Shown: positions 48,260 to 58,134 of the stretch, in pieces
How positions within the stretch are numbered: the first letter of the stretch is position 1
How the letters are laid out: each line of letters opens with the position of its first letter
Assembly (NCBI GenBank): GCA_040754815.1
Contig: JBFMBX010000003.1
Span: 346,329-410,328 of the forward strand
Reading direction: 5' to 3'
Origin: Chloroflexota bacterium
Lineage (GTDB): Bacteria; Chloroflexota; Anaerolineae; Anaerolineales; Anaerolineaceae
Length of the DNA: 64,000 nt
Position numbers and translations under genes: made by a program
Notes under the pieces: model-generated
Told to the model about the DNA's origin: nothing
The model's input: the letters and a program-made list of their open reading frames with translations, nothing else
Database searches by the model: none

Positions 48260-49369
48260 TTATATCCCCGAGGGGAAATAGATCTTGTTTTCCGAGCGCA
48301 AAAGTTGCCTTACTTTGAGCAAGGTTTGTAAAACCATCGGATTAATATCTAATAGAAATTTGACTAACCTCGTTTTTTTATCGGAAGGGTATTTGATTAC
48401 TGCGTTTTTGAGCAATTTTCTGTAAAGAGGGGTATGGTCTAAATGATTTAGAATTCCTTCGAGAACTGCCAGACGGATAAGCTGATTTTGATATGGGGGT
48501 GAAAGATTTTCAAAAGCGGGATGAGTAAGTAGTTTGTTGATTAAATTGCCGTCACCGTGTAAAAGATTAACAAAAAGGTCATAAAAGACGTAATAGCGCG
48601 TCTCTTCGCTGCATTCATGAAAGCGAGGCAAATCCAACATTTTAGTTCTACAGAGAATCAATGATTGGGTTTTCTTTATACTACCTGCCGTCAGTGAAAT
48701 ATTGGTTTGGTGAATTCGGTAATAACACAACTTGTGATCGAGATATCCATAACGAATAAACTGAGATGCTCGCGTGAAGAAATCCCAATCAGGTCCGATG
48801 ACGATTCTTGTGTCAAAAGAGATGTTCAAGGGGAGAATTCTGCTGCTTCTCATCATGACGGTCAAAGGAGGACCAAAGACATCGGATGCCCTTACCAGTT
48901 GTTCAAATAAATCTCCCATGAACGGTCCTCTGCGAAATTTTGAGAGAGAGGACAGGACTTTATTTTCCGAATTAATATAAAAACCGTCGCAATAAACTGC
49001 GTCCAACTCGGGATGTTGATTTAAAAAAGAGACCATCAGCGCTAAATAGGTCGGAGCGTATTGATCATCCGAATCCAAAAATGCAAGAAATTCTCCATTA
49101 ATCTTTGTCAAGGCATTATTTCTGGCATCTGCCTCGCCTGAATTTGGTTGGTGAAAAACCCGTATGCGTGAGTCGGTATAGGATTTGAGAATTTCAGCGG
49201 TATGATCGGTTGAGCCATCGTTAATGATGATCAATTCCCAGAGTGAATAGGTTTGGTGTAAAACACTTTCTATTGCTTGGGCAATAAATTTTTCTGCGTT
49301 ATAAGCCGGCATCATGATAGAAACTAAACCGGGTTGAAAGATGGACATTGAAAGAGAATTGTTATTCAA
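48260..49369 (-). CDS. GT2 glycosyltransferase
   Basis: VSIMMPAYN, INDGSTD, ARN, FLDSDD, DWDFF. Confidence 0.92.
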   Translation of the reverse strand: MNNNSLSMSIFQPGLVSIMMPAYNAEKFIAQAIESVLHQTYSLWELIIINDGSTDHTAEILKSYTDSRIRVFHQPNSGEADARNNALTKINGEFLAFLDSDDQYAPTYLALMVSFLNQHPELDAVYCDGFYINSENKVLSSLSKFRRGPFMGDLFEQLVRASDVFGPPLTVMMRSSRILPLNISFDTRIVIGPDWDFFTRASQFIRYGYLDHKLCYYRIHQTNISLTAGSIKKTQSLILCRTKMLDLPRFHECSEETRYYVFYDLFVNLLHGDGNLINKLLTHPAFENLSPPYQNQLIRLAVLEGILNHLDHTPLYRKLLKNAVIKYPSDKKTRLVKFLLDINPMVLQTLLKVRQLLRSENKIYFPSGI

Positions 49370-50583
49370 GACCGCAATCCTGTTGTTTCTTCAATGGCAT
49401 AAAGTATATTTTGGGCGGTGTGTCTCCACGAATGTCGGGTTTCGGCTTCCAGACGGGCTTGTTGTCCCATTTGTTTTCTGCACGCATGATTACTGATCAG
49501 ATATATCAATGCGTCTGTTAAGGCCTGTTCATCACAAGGAGGAATGATCATACCGGTTTGCATATGGGTCAGGGTATCGGGTTGTCCATTTTCCCCCGAT
49601 GCGATTACGGCCAAACCAGCGGCTTTATAATCAAATAATTTCAGCCCCGAATACTCATTCCAGCCGCAATAGGGAGAAAGACCAATTTCACAGGAGGCTA
49701 AAATAGGTGCATATTCTTCGGGAGTAAGGGAACCAGTAAAAGTAACATTTCTTTCAATGCCCAATTCCCTAGTTAAGGCTTTCGTTTTTTCCAGTTCACT
49801 TCCTGCACCAATCATAAACAGGTGAACGTTCTGTTCTTGTTCCATTAATCTACTGAAGGATTTAACCGCGCTTATCGTGCCATGCCAGGGAAAGAATCCC
49901 CCTAAATATGCAATATTAATTGGGGTGGATGAAGATGTTTCTTGAAAGTTTGAAAGTTCATGCCTTTTCAGCAGATCAATCAGGGGTGTGCCGTTTTCAA
50001 CAACCCTTACTTTATGGGAGGGAACACCCCACCTTTCGGTCAAATTATTTTTCCACCCTTTGCCTGACGCTATGATGAGAGATGCGCTGTTAAGGATTTT
50101 GCGAAAAATCCAAATTGAGGTGGACAATTGAACACCATTGGGTACCTGGCCCTTTGATTTCAAATCGTGCAAGGGGTCGCCGTTGAATTCCAATATCAGG
50201 GGGATGCGAAGTTTTTTTGCGGCAAGCAAGCCGCCGTAACCCATCCACGATACTCTTTCGTATAGACAGTGGAAGTTGCTGGAATTAATGCGGATGCTTT
50301 CTGCAAAACGTTTGCTTGCAAAGTAATTCACATACGGCGCTCCAGTCATGGACTGGATTTTTCTAATTGCGCTTTCATAAATGCTCTTTTTCTTCTGGTT
50401 TATCTTTTTAAAATTCTGTAAGTCCTCTGTTGTCCAGTATGCAGAGTCGATTCCCCCTATAAACCGGACATGATGACCCATTTTCAACCACTCGGCAATG
50501 ATATGTCTGATGTGGTTTGCCGGCCCATCAAAGGGTGGAAATCGAATTTCAGGACTGAGCTGTGCCAGATAGATAATATTCAT
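49366..50583 (-). CDS. GT4 glycosyltransferase
   Basis: GPANHI, ENG, YLGGFFPWHG, SGLKLFDYKAAG; TAATG overlap at 50583. Confidence 0.88.
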   Translation of the reverse strand: MNIIYLAQLSPEIRFPPFDGPANHIRHIIAEWLKMGHHVRFIGGIDSAYWTTEDLQNFKKINQKKKSIYESAIRKIQSMTGAPYVNYFASKRFAESIRINSSNFHCLYERVSWMGYGGLLAAKKLRIPLILEFNGDPLHDLKSKGQVPNGVQLSTSIWIFRKILNSASLIIASGKGWKNNLTERWGVPSHKVRVVENGTPLIDLLKRHELSNFQETSSSTPINIAYLGGFFPWHGTISAVKSFSRLMEQEQNVHLFMIGAGSELEKTKALTRELGIERNVTFTGSLTPEEYAPILASCEIGLSPYCGWNEYSGLKLFDYKAAGLAVIASGENGQPDTLTHMQTGMIIPPCDEQALTDALIYLISNHACRKQMGQQARLEAETRHSWRHTAQNILYAIEETTGLRS

Positions 50584-51569
50584 TATCCGGCAATTTCCTC
50601 GATTGTTTGACAAATTTTTGGACTGATCAAGTTACTATCGCATTTTGCGAGGACTGCTTCTCTTAATTTGAGCTGTTTTGCTATTTTTACCTCGTGGTTA
50701 AGTTGATCGTATTCTATTAACTTTTCAACAAATTCTCCATCAGTAAAAAACAGATTTTCCTGAGGCAACAGTTCATCTGCGCCCGGCCAGAAATGGGATA
50801 GGCAGTAACATCCTGTTGCAATGGCTTCCATTGGCGAAACCTGCAATCCTTCTGAATAACTGTTCGAGACAAAAACATCAATGTTGCGGAAGAATTCCGG
50901 TGTATTTTCGACCTGCCCATAAAAATGTACGTTTTTTTCAATCCCTAAACGGCAAGGTAAATCAGTTAAGGCGTTGTAATAATCCAAAAATCTGGGATGG
51001 GCGCCACCGCCAATGTGTAGATGAAATCCTTCTTTGTGCAAATTGTTCTCAAAAAATCCCAAAATCAATTCGTAAACTCTTTTACGGGGGATGAGATTGC
51101 CTAAAATTCCGATGTTTCTTTTATATAAACGCGGTTGATAGGGAAATCTGGTCGGGTTAACGGATTCCGGTATTACCAGTATTTTTTCGTTATAACCCGG
51201 AAATTTAAGATTGAATTCCCGGCGTTTGGCTTCGCTCACCAGAATAATTCGATCTACTTTTGACCAGTCTATCTGATCTCCCCATTGATATAGTTCGTAG
51301 CGATGTAAGCGGGTAATAATCGAGGTTGTCTTGGGAAGTCGAGTGGTATAAGCAAGAAGCTCGCTTGCCCACTCAAAGAAAACAATCTGGTTTTTCTTTA
51401 AGAAATTCCTCAATTGAAGATCAAAATGTCTTTTTTGCAGTCTTTCTCGAAAGACGGGGAATTTAATGATTTGCGGTTCAAAAGTGTTTACCGAGTGATA
51501 TTTACCCAGTTCTTCATAAATATCCCGAAAAAATGCCCATGTTTCATTATTTACTACACCAATGTGCAT
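50583..51569 (-). CDS. GT-B (GT4-like) glycosyltransferase
   Basis: RLHRYE, LVSEAK, KRVYE, SYSEGLQVSPMEAIATG. Confidence 0.8.
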   Translation of the reverse strand: MHIGVVNNETWAFFRDIYEELGKYHSVNTFEPQIIKFPVFRERLQKRHFDLQLRNFLKKNQIVFFEWASELLAYTTRLPKTTSIITRLHRYELYQWGDQIDWSKVDRIILVSEAKRREFNLKFPGYNEKILVIPESVNPTRFPYQPRLYKRNIGILGNLIPRKRVYELILGFFENNLHKEGFHLHIGGGAHPRFLDYYNALTDLPCRLGIEKNVHFYGQVENTPEFFRNIDVFVSNSYSEGLQVSPMEAIATGCYCLSHFWPGADELLPQENLFFTDGEFVEKLIEYDQLNHEVKIAKQLKLREAVLAKCDSNLISPKICQTIEEIAG

Positions 51570-51575
51570 GTCAAT

Positions 51576-53420
51576 TTAATCCAGATACAACTTGTGCCAG
51601 AGTTCGATGGACATTAATGCGCCAATTTTGACGGCGTTATTTTCTCCAGCCATGTGGTCTTTAACAATTTTTTGAATAACAACGGGTTTGAAATAACCGC
51701 GATTCAGACAATCGGTGGATAACAGCGTATCTTCTACCCATCCTCGAAGTGTTGTCCGGAACCAGGTTTGGTAGTCTTTATAAGGGCGGTTTTCAGGTCC
51801 AACCAACCACTTAAATCCACGATTTCTTAAGTGCCACTTAATGAAATTCAGATTTCGAGCTGCAACCTCTCTTGCACAATGACTTAATGGGAGATGATCT
51901 CTTGGGGTGGGGATTCGGGCTAATTGAGGGTAGGCTTTGATAAAAGAGTCCACCATCAATCTTCGTTCGAACATCAAGTAAGGTGGAACAGTTAAGGAAA
52001 ATTCAACAAAGTCATTGTCTGTAAAAGGTAGTCGGATAATCGCCCGGTCTCTAGCGACCAAAACCCCGTTTATTGTCATTCGGGGAACGCGTTGGGTGAG
52101 ATCGAAATAGAGGCGTTGAGTAGCAAGCTGACGAACTCCAGAGGCTCTCATCCCATTTTGAAAGTCTCTCATTAATTCATCGCCGGTTTGCTGAAGGAAT
52201 GAATCGGTGAAAAGGTAAGGGTGTTCAGGAAGATCAAAAGTCAAAACGCGGTAATCTCGATACGCCTGTAAATGCTGCTGAATTTCAATCTCAGGAGAAT
52301 AATTTGCCCAAAACCGCGGGCGCAGCCCGAAGCCGAACATTGCATCCCCCATAAAGCCTTTATAAATGACGGATGCGAATTGGGCTTCCTCTTCAAGAGT
52401 TGCAATTGCATGAAGATTGACAATGTTTCCCATCCCGTCAGTTAATTTGACGGATTTTTCTCCCAAGGTTAGCAGCCAGTCCGGTTTAAGTTCAAAGAAA
52501 TGATGGTTGGTTCTGAGGGTACGCGCTGCTTCCTGTGCATAGCGGGCATCATCGGAACCCGGTATGCTCCAGGTAAATGTATGAAGTGAAGATGGGCCGA
52601 GTAAATCGGCCAATAAACCAAGTAAGAACCTGGAATCCAATCCGCCAGAAAGCATCAATCCCTTTGATTGACTACCAATCGTTTGCCTTTGAACTGCGTT
52701 CTTTATCTCTATTAAGAATTTTTCCTGGTACGAAGCGGGTTCACAAAAAGGATACTCATCGAGGTAATTAAAGTCATAATAGCGATTAATGGTGAAGTAA
52801 TCGTTATTTAGCTTCAGAATGCTCCCTTGAGGTAATAACTTTACATTCTCTAAAAATGTTCTTTGATGCAACACGTGATCAAAAGTGAGAAATTCTTGTA
52901 TGGCTGTAAAATCCACTTTTCGGGATAGGGACGGATCGGCGAGTAAAGCCCTTACACCTGATGCAAATAAAAAGTTGTTTGCATAGTGAGCATAGTAGAT
53001 GGGGTGGAGGCCTAAACGGTCGTTGATCAAATAAACTGAGTTATCCCGTAAATCTAATAGAGCCATACAGAAGGCTCCATTTAGCCGGCGGGGGAATTTT
53101 TCACCTTCCAGCCGGAATAAATTTAAAATGATTTCCGCGTCTGTATCGGCTGGTAAGCGGTGTTGATTCAGATACTGTTTTATTGATTCGGTGTCAAATA
53201 GTTCTCCATCAAAAGCCAGACCAATGGTTTTATTCTCGTCCCAATAGATTTTTGTGTCCGGTTTAATTTCTACTAACGAATTAACTCCAAGTCCCCATCC
53301 ATCTCCGACCTGGAAATCCCGCTTGAAGCGATCTTCCCAATCGAGAGCATGGGACATATTCCTGATCAAATTCTGGCTTTCAGCCTTTGAAGCATTTTTT
53401 TTGAAACCAAAAATACCCAT
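51576..53420 (-). CDS. Asparagine-synthase-like amidotransferase/amide ligase lacking the N-terminal Cys
   Basis: Ntn-like domain (AFDGELF, LNGAF, NDRLGLHPIYY) and ATP-pyrophosphatase motif LSGGLDSR; N-terminus reads MGIFG rather than MCGI. Confidence 0.85.
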   Translation of the reverse strand: MGIFGFKKNASKAESQNLIRNMSHALDWEDRFKRDFQVGDGWGLGVNSLVEIKPDTKIYWDENKTIGLAFDGELFDTESIKQYLNQHRLPADTDAEIILNLFRLEGEKFPRRLNGAFCMALLDLRDNSVYLINDRLGLHPIYYAHYANNFLFASGVRALLADPSLSRKVDFTAIQEFLTFDHVLHQRTFLENVKLLPQGSILKLNNDYFTINRYYDFNYLDEYPFCEPASYQEKFLIEIKNAVQRQTIGSQSKGLMLSGGLDSRFLLGLLADLLGPSSLHTFTWSIPGSDDARYAQEAARTLRTNHHFFELKPDWLLTLGEKSVKLTDGMGNIVNLHAIATLEEEAQFASVIYKGFMGDAMFGFGLRPRFWANYSPEIEIQQHLQAYRDYRVLTFDLPEHPYLFTDSFLQQTGDELMRDFQNGMRASGVRQLATQRLYFDLTQRVPRMTINGVLVARDRAIIRLPFTDNDFVEFSLTVPPYLMFERRLMVDSFIKAYPQLARIPTPRDHLPLSHCAREVAARNLNFIKWHLRNRGFKWLVGPENRPYKDYQTWFRTTLRGWVEDTLLSTDCLNRGYFKPVVIQKIVKDHMAGENNAVKIGALMSIELWHKLYLD

Positions 53421-53428
53421 GGTGTTCC

Positions 53429-54163
53429 TTATGCAACCAAAACTTCATCAAACATATACTCGAAAGGGGTGTTAACATATAGGGAACGAAGCTGGTCAAA
53501 ATTCAAAATGACTTCTCGCAAATTATCGTTGGTGTTTTTCAAAGTATTTGCCTGCACCGGAAATGGTTCAACCCCCAAGAATTCAAATACCCGAGAAAGC
53601 ACAGCATCGCGATTGACTAAAATATCTTCGTACACCATTTTCAAGGTTGGTAAACCTAAATTCACGGTAAAAGTATTCAATTCCTGATCAGCTTCTATTC
53701 TTTCCTGAAGATATTGCTGAAAAATGACGGGATCAATTTCAAATGCCGGTAGTCGTTCTTTTTCATTGTATAAATTCCACTTGCCCGAAGCATCGAATAA
53801 TCTTTTAGCGTTTATTCTGGAAACAACGGCTTTTACCTGATTTCTTCTTTGCATCTGAAGGATTTTTACTTTCTTTTCTCTCAGTAAATTTACAAATCCT
53901 TCTTTATCTAAAACATCTACCAGTTTGGTTTTAAACCCTACCGCTGCATATTTATTGATTAATGAAGGAGTGTAAAAATTCCTTGCCCAATTCAATTGAT
54001 CTTCAGCAGTTGCGCCTTGTTGACGCAAAACTGCAAACCTTTCATAGACTGCTTGAATTTGCGGATGGGAAGTCATCAAACTGATCATATAAGTGCTCCC
54101 ATCTCGTTCGATAAACAGGATCACATAGGGGGTAACTTGATTACGAAAAAAGAATTTTCTCAT
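53429..54163 (-). CDS. Stf0-like sulfotransferase (variant PAPS loop)
   Basis: FIERDGSTYM, GFKTK, QRRNQVKAVVS, YEDI. Confidence 0.7.
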   Translation of the reverse strand: MRKFFFRNQVTPYVILFIERDGSTYMISLMTSHPQIQAVYERFAVLRQQGATAEDQLNWARNFYTPSLINKYAAVGFKTKLVDVLDKEGFVNLLREKKVKILQMQRRNQVKAVVSRINAKRLFDASGKWNLYNEKERLPAFEIDPVIFQQYLQERIEADQELNTFTVNLGLPTLKMVYEDILVNRDAVLSRVFEFLGVEPFPVQANTLKNTNDNLREVILNFDQLRSLYVNTPFEYMFDEVLVA

Positions 54164-54167
54164 TGGA

Positions 54168-55346
54168 TTATTCCTTGGTGTTGGAATTTATCAAAGGCAC
54201 AGGACTCTTAAGGATGGATTTTATTAAGACCGTGAAAGCGCCAAAGTTCTTAAATAAGGGGGGATAAGTGAAAAACGCTTTCCAAACCAGTTTTCTGGCT
54301 TTAGAAAAATTCTTGTTGTGATAGGCTTGAAAGGCTTCATTCAAGGCAGCTCTGCCGATAATCAGGTTGTGTTCTTTTTGTAAATCATCCAGTTCTTCGG
54401 GTAAATTTTGGTAAATGGTGCTTAGAAACGCTATCGGTTGATCGGTCTTGGGCAATTCCGTCCAACCCGCGAATATGTTTTTGAGCTCTTTGTAATTATC
54501 TTCGGCTAGAGTCGGGTCGAGAGAAAGGGCTTTTCGTAAGTGAAAATGAGCAAATGAAAAATCTGAGGACAAATACCCATGTGCGGTTGCTCTCAGATGG
54601 GCGTGAGCATAAGCGAGTGGCTTCATCCTTTCCCAATCATCACTCAATCCTGCCGTCGAGAATAATTTCTCCAGAACAGCCATATTTGCATTGGTCATTT
54701 GAACTCCCTTGCGGGTCATTTGTCCGGTGTGGAAACGATATTTTGACACCGGCTCGGGGATGACTTCCATTGGGCAGCCTGCGATTGCCAGCCGTAACCA
54801 GAAATCCCAATCCTCATAAGAGCGAAGACTTTCATCAAAATAACCAATTCTTTCCTGCCATTCTTTTTTGACTAAAACACTTCCTACATGAAATGGGTTG
54901 CCCAAGGTAAGTTTTTGAATGGGGGAGGGGAGTATCGTTTCAAATTCTCTGGGAATAATATCTCCGTTTTGATCAATGAGAATCGCCCTGCCGGCTACAA
55001 ACCCCAGAGATGGGTTTTGTTTCATCTTATCGAGCAACAATTCCAATTTCCTGGATAAAAAGCAATCATCCGAATCTAGAAAAGTCAGATATTCTCCCTG
55101 TGAATTACGTATACCTGTATTTCTTGCTGCGGGTAATCCTCGGTTTTCCTGAAAAATATATTTGACCCGGCTATCAGAAAAAGATTTGGCCACTTCCGCT
55201 GTATTATCTGTAGAACCATCATCAACGATCAGGATTTCAAAGAAAGGATACGTTTGACTTAAACAGCTTTGTACGGCTTCGCGAAGATAATGACCCTGAT
55301 TGAAGGCCGGGATGATGATACTTACAAGTCCCTTTTCTGCTTTCAA
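54168..55346 (-). CDS. GT2 glycosyltransferase with helical C-terminal extension
   Basis: VSIIIPAFN, VDDGSTD, NRGLPAARN, FLDSDD, EDWDFWLR. Confidence 0.92.
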   Translation of the reverse strand: MKAEKGLVSIIIPAFNQGHYLREAVQSCLSQTYPFFEILIVDDGSTDNTAEVAKSFSDSRVKYIFQENRGLPAARNTGIRNSQGEYLTFLDSDDCFLSRKLELLLDKMKQNPSLGFVAGRAILIDQNGDIIPREFETILPSPIQKLTLGNPFHVGSVLVKKEWQERIGYFDESLRSYEDWDFWLRLAIAGCPMEVIPEPVSKYRFHTGQMTRKGVQMTNANMAVLEKLFSTAGLSDDWERMKPLAYAHAHLRATAHGYLSSDFSFAHFHLRKALSLDPTLAEDNYKELKNIFAGWTELPKTDQPIAFLSTIYQNLPEELDDLQKEHNLIIGRAALNEAFQAYHNKNFSKARKLVWKAFFTYPPLFKNFGAFTVLIKSILKSPVPLINSNTKE

Positions 55347-56948
55347 TTACTTAGAACCTCCAATAAGTGTTCCATCCTCAAACGTTTGGTAAGGGATATT
55401 CGAAGAAATGGTTTTTTCAATCTCTTTGAGATCTGGAAAGGAATTGCTTCTTATGGAATGGAAATAAATGATCATCGAATTACCAGCAAGAACATCAGCG
55501 ATTAATTTATCGAATTTCTCATCAAAATCTGGATTGACTGTTTGCCGCGTCAGGTCAACTTTTCGCGGTAATGAGGTTGATGAACGACCTGTCAGTAAAT
55601 AAATTGCTTCGGGTGAATTGGTTACCACATTCAGGGAAGTGGGTATTTGAGATACTGCGGCAATTGTGGATGAGTTTCGCCAATTTGTTTGTGAAAAACC
55701 TACACCCTGAAGATGATAAATTTTGTAAAGGTCACCCTGCAAACTAAATGAAATAAAAAGGTAAATGATGAGTATAGCTAATGTTGCTGAGATGAATATA
55801 TTTCTTTTACTTCCATTTTCGGGAAATAACAAAACCAGAGCGAAAATAATGAGCAGATTTATCGAAACAAACAGGGGGGATAAAATTCTGTCATCTAACG
55901 GGGTATTGGCATCCATGAAGGTTAGAGAAAATAGAAGAAATAATGGATAAACTACCGAAAAACCGCTTATCAGGTAAAAAGTCCACTTTCCTGTTTCGTT
56001 CAATTTATGGAAATTTTTGAATATTAGTAACAGGCATATCGAAAGTATGGATGCGATTATGCCGAATTTTAGAACGCTGCTTGAATTGGATGGGATAAAA
56101 AACCAACCGGAAATGGTATTCAATGCTTGCAAGCCCTTACTGAAAGCGGGCAGATGAAATTCAATCGCTCTATTTCCGATTTGCCCATTTAACAGGAAAG
56201 AACGGATAGGCCAGATGGCGGATAAAATCAATGCCGGCAAACCGCCTAATAAACAATATCTCAGTCTTTCCAGAAAATTTCCTTTTTTGAAAATCAGGAT
56301 TGTAATCATCACAGCAGCGATGACCGAAACACCAGCATATCGAGTTAAGGCCGACATGCCGAGAAGAAGGCTGCCTGTTGCTATTAATGAGGAATTTGTT
56401 CGGCTTAATCCTGAAATAGTCACCGCAAAGCCGGCAAAAGTCACTAATAAAAATAAGGGTTCTGACCATGCCATCATAAATAAATTTAGGATGACGCTTC
56501 CGCTCGCAAAGGGAAATAAAAACAGCGCAGTAAACCATTGGGGGGTGGGTGACGCTTTGATGATTAGCGCTGCCAGGATCGTAATAAAACCGCACAATAA
56601 AATCACATTTAACCAGCGAGCGCTTTGGAGCAAAGAAACACCGGGCACCAATGCGCCACTGAGAGATAACATAACCGGATAGAGCGGCGGATAAAAGTTG
56701 AGTTCACGGTTTGGTGGATCACCAAATGGAATGGTTAACCCTTTGCCATTCAGTAAATTATCGGCGGCGCCAAGGTAAATTGCCGAGTCGGGTGATGTGC
56801 CAATTCCCCATTGAGTAATGTAAATCAAAACAACAGAAGAAAACATAATCCAAAACAAGGTGATTAGAGCAGGGAATTGTCTGTTTTTGATTGTGAATCT
56901 GAGTGCTGCTGAGTTGTTATAAAGCATTTGTGAGAATTTAATTTCCAA
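55347..56948 (-). CDS. GT-C (PMT/ArnT-like) membrane glycosyltransferase
   Basis: SPDSAIY loop, YPPLYP, WSEPLF, TRYAG, many TM helices; start may be ATG 56927. Confidence 0.65.
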   Translation of the reverse strand: MEIKFSQMLYNNSAALRFTIKNRQFPALITLFWIMFSSVVLIYITQWGIGTSPDSAIYLGAADNLLNGKGLTIPFGDPPNRELNFYPPLYPVMLSLSGALVPGVSLLQSARWLNVILLCGFITILAALIIKASPTPQWFTALFLFPFASGSVILNLFMMAWSEPLFLLVTFAGFAVTISGLSRTNSSLIATGSLLLGMSALTRYAGVSVIAAVMITILIFKKGNFLERLRYCLLGGLPALILSAIWPIRSFLLNGQIGNRAIEFHLPAFSKGLQALNTISGWFFIPSNSSSVLKFGIIASILSICLLLIFKNFHKLNETGKWTFYLISGFSVVYPLFLLFSLTFMDANTPLDDRILSPLFVSINLLIIFALVLLFPENGSKRNIFISATLAILIIYLFISFSLQGDLYKIYHLQGVGFSQTNWRNSSTIAAVSQIPTSLNVVTNSPEAIYLLTGRSSTSLPRKVDLTRQTVNPDFDEKFDKLIADVLAGNSMIIYFHSIRSNSFPDLKEIEKTISSNIPYQTFEDGTLIGGSK

Positions 56949-58134
56949 TCCGATAGGAATTCAGCACTAGTTTGAGTAAGGAAAAACCAAAACCTCTTGT
57001 TTTTAATTCCTCTGACTCAGAAATCCAGAATATCTTTTCCCCCTTCCATAAGGATTGGAATACAGTCAAAATAATCGCTGAGATTGCTCGAATCCGGTCA
57101 AATAATCCCTTTTTGTTTAAGGGATTTCCAACAATCAATTTTGCATACGGTGTTTCCTGAGGGTTTTTCTTCCAAACTCGTATACCCTGGGCTGCAATCT
57201 TTGATACACCATTGCCATACTGGTGGAGTGCTTGCTGGCTGAGGATAAACATTCCATAATGAGGGAAATTTTCCAAAAGAGGATAACCGTAACACAATAG
57301 ACGATCTCCAATCATCGCTTCTGTATATTGATTCAGTTCACGGCTTAATTCGTGTTTCCAACCACCAGCGCGATTTTTATCAATTGGTTGTTCCACTTTT
57401 TTCTTCCATGGTACATTTTGGCTGTTGACTTGTTTTCCGGTTGAAGAAGTATCCAACATCGCGTATTCGAAATCTTCACCAATAAATGTGCACAATTTTC
57501 TCAATTCACGTTCAGGATTGTCTATTAAATCTTCATATCTTAAGGTGTAAGAATTTTCGTCCTTCTCGAAAAATTCGCGGCTTTTCTCATCCATAAACTT
57601 CCAATATTCGATGGCTTCGAAAAATGTTTTCGCTCCCCATGGCACCTTTAGCAGAGATAAAGCAACATCTCTGGGGTCGCGCAAGATGCGGATAATTGGA
57701 GAATTGGGAAATGTTGTCCGAATGATTTCGAGATAGAGAAGATGATCTGGAGTTTTTTCAACCCATCGAGATTTGCCCTGCCTTTGCATGTAAGGCTCAA
57801 CTACCGATTTCAGCAGAGAAGAAATTGAGGGTTCTTGTTCTCGTAAAAATTCATCTATTTGCTGTTCGGTCACTTGATATTTTTCCAGGATGCTTATTCG
57901 CCGATTGCTTTGACCGGTAAAATTGGAATAGGAAATTGAACAGATAAAATTTTTACCCTTTTCTGGCCACCCCTTGGGATCAATCAACTGGTCAATGTTT
58001 TCGCCAGCCAACCGTTGGAAGAAGTGAGTTTCAGGTCCGCAGCTCATTCGACTGTGAGCAGCCAGCATTGCCGAAAGTAATGTAGTGCCAGAACGCTGAA
58101 CGCCGGTTATGAAAACAGGATGGCGATTATTCAT
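56938..58134 (-). CDS. Sulfotransferase (P-loop family 3 type)
   Basis: GVQRSGTTLL, EKTPDH, RDPRDVALS, RYEDL; ATG 58134 forms an ATGA overlap with wzt. Confidence 0.88.
   Translation of the reverse strand: MNNRHPVFITGVQRSGTTLLSAMLAAHSRMSCGPETHFFQRLAGENIDQLIDPKGWPEKGKNFICSISYSNFTGQSNRRISILEKYQVTEQQIDEFLREQEPSISSLLKSVVEPYMQRQGKSRWVEKTPDHLLYLEIIRTTFPNSPIIRILRDPRDVALSLLKVPWGAKTFFEAIEYWKFMDEKSREFFEKDENSYTLRYEDLIDNPERELRKLCTFIGEDFEYAMLDTSSTGKQVNSQNVPWKKKVEQPIDKNRAGGWKHELSRELNQYTEAMIGDRLLCYGYPLLENFPHYGMFILSQQALHQYGNGVSKIAAQGIRVWKKNPQETPYAKLIVGNPLNKKGLFDRIRAISAIILTVFQSLWKGEKIFWISESEELKTRGFGFSLLKLVLNSYRIGN

Noticed and set aside
56170-56682. ORFs 56170-56595 (-) and 56215-56682 (+)
   Set aside because: Alternate-frame or antisense overlaps of the GT-C gene with no motifs
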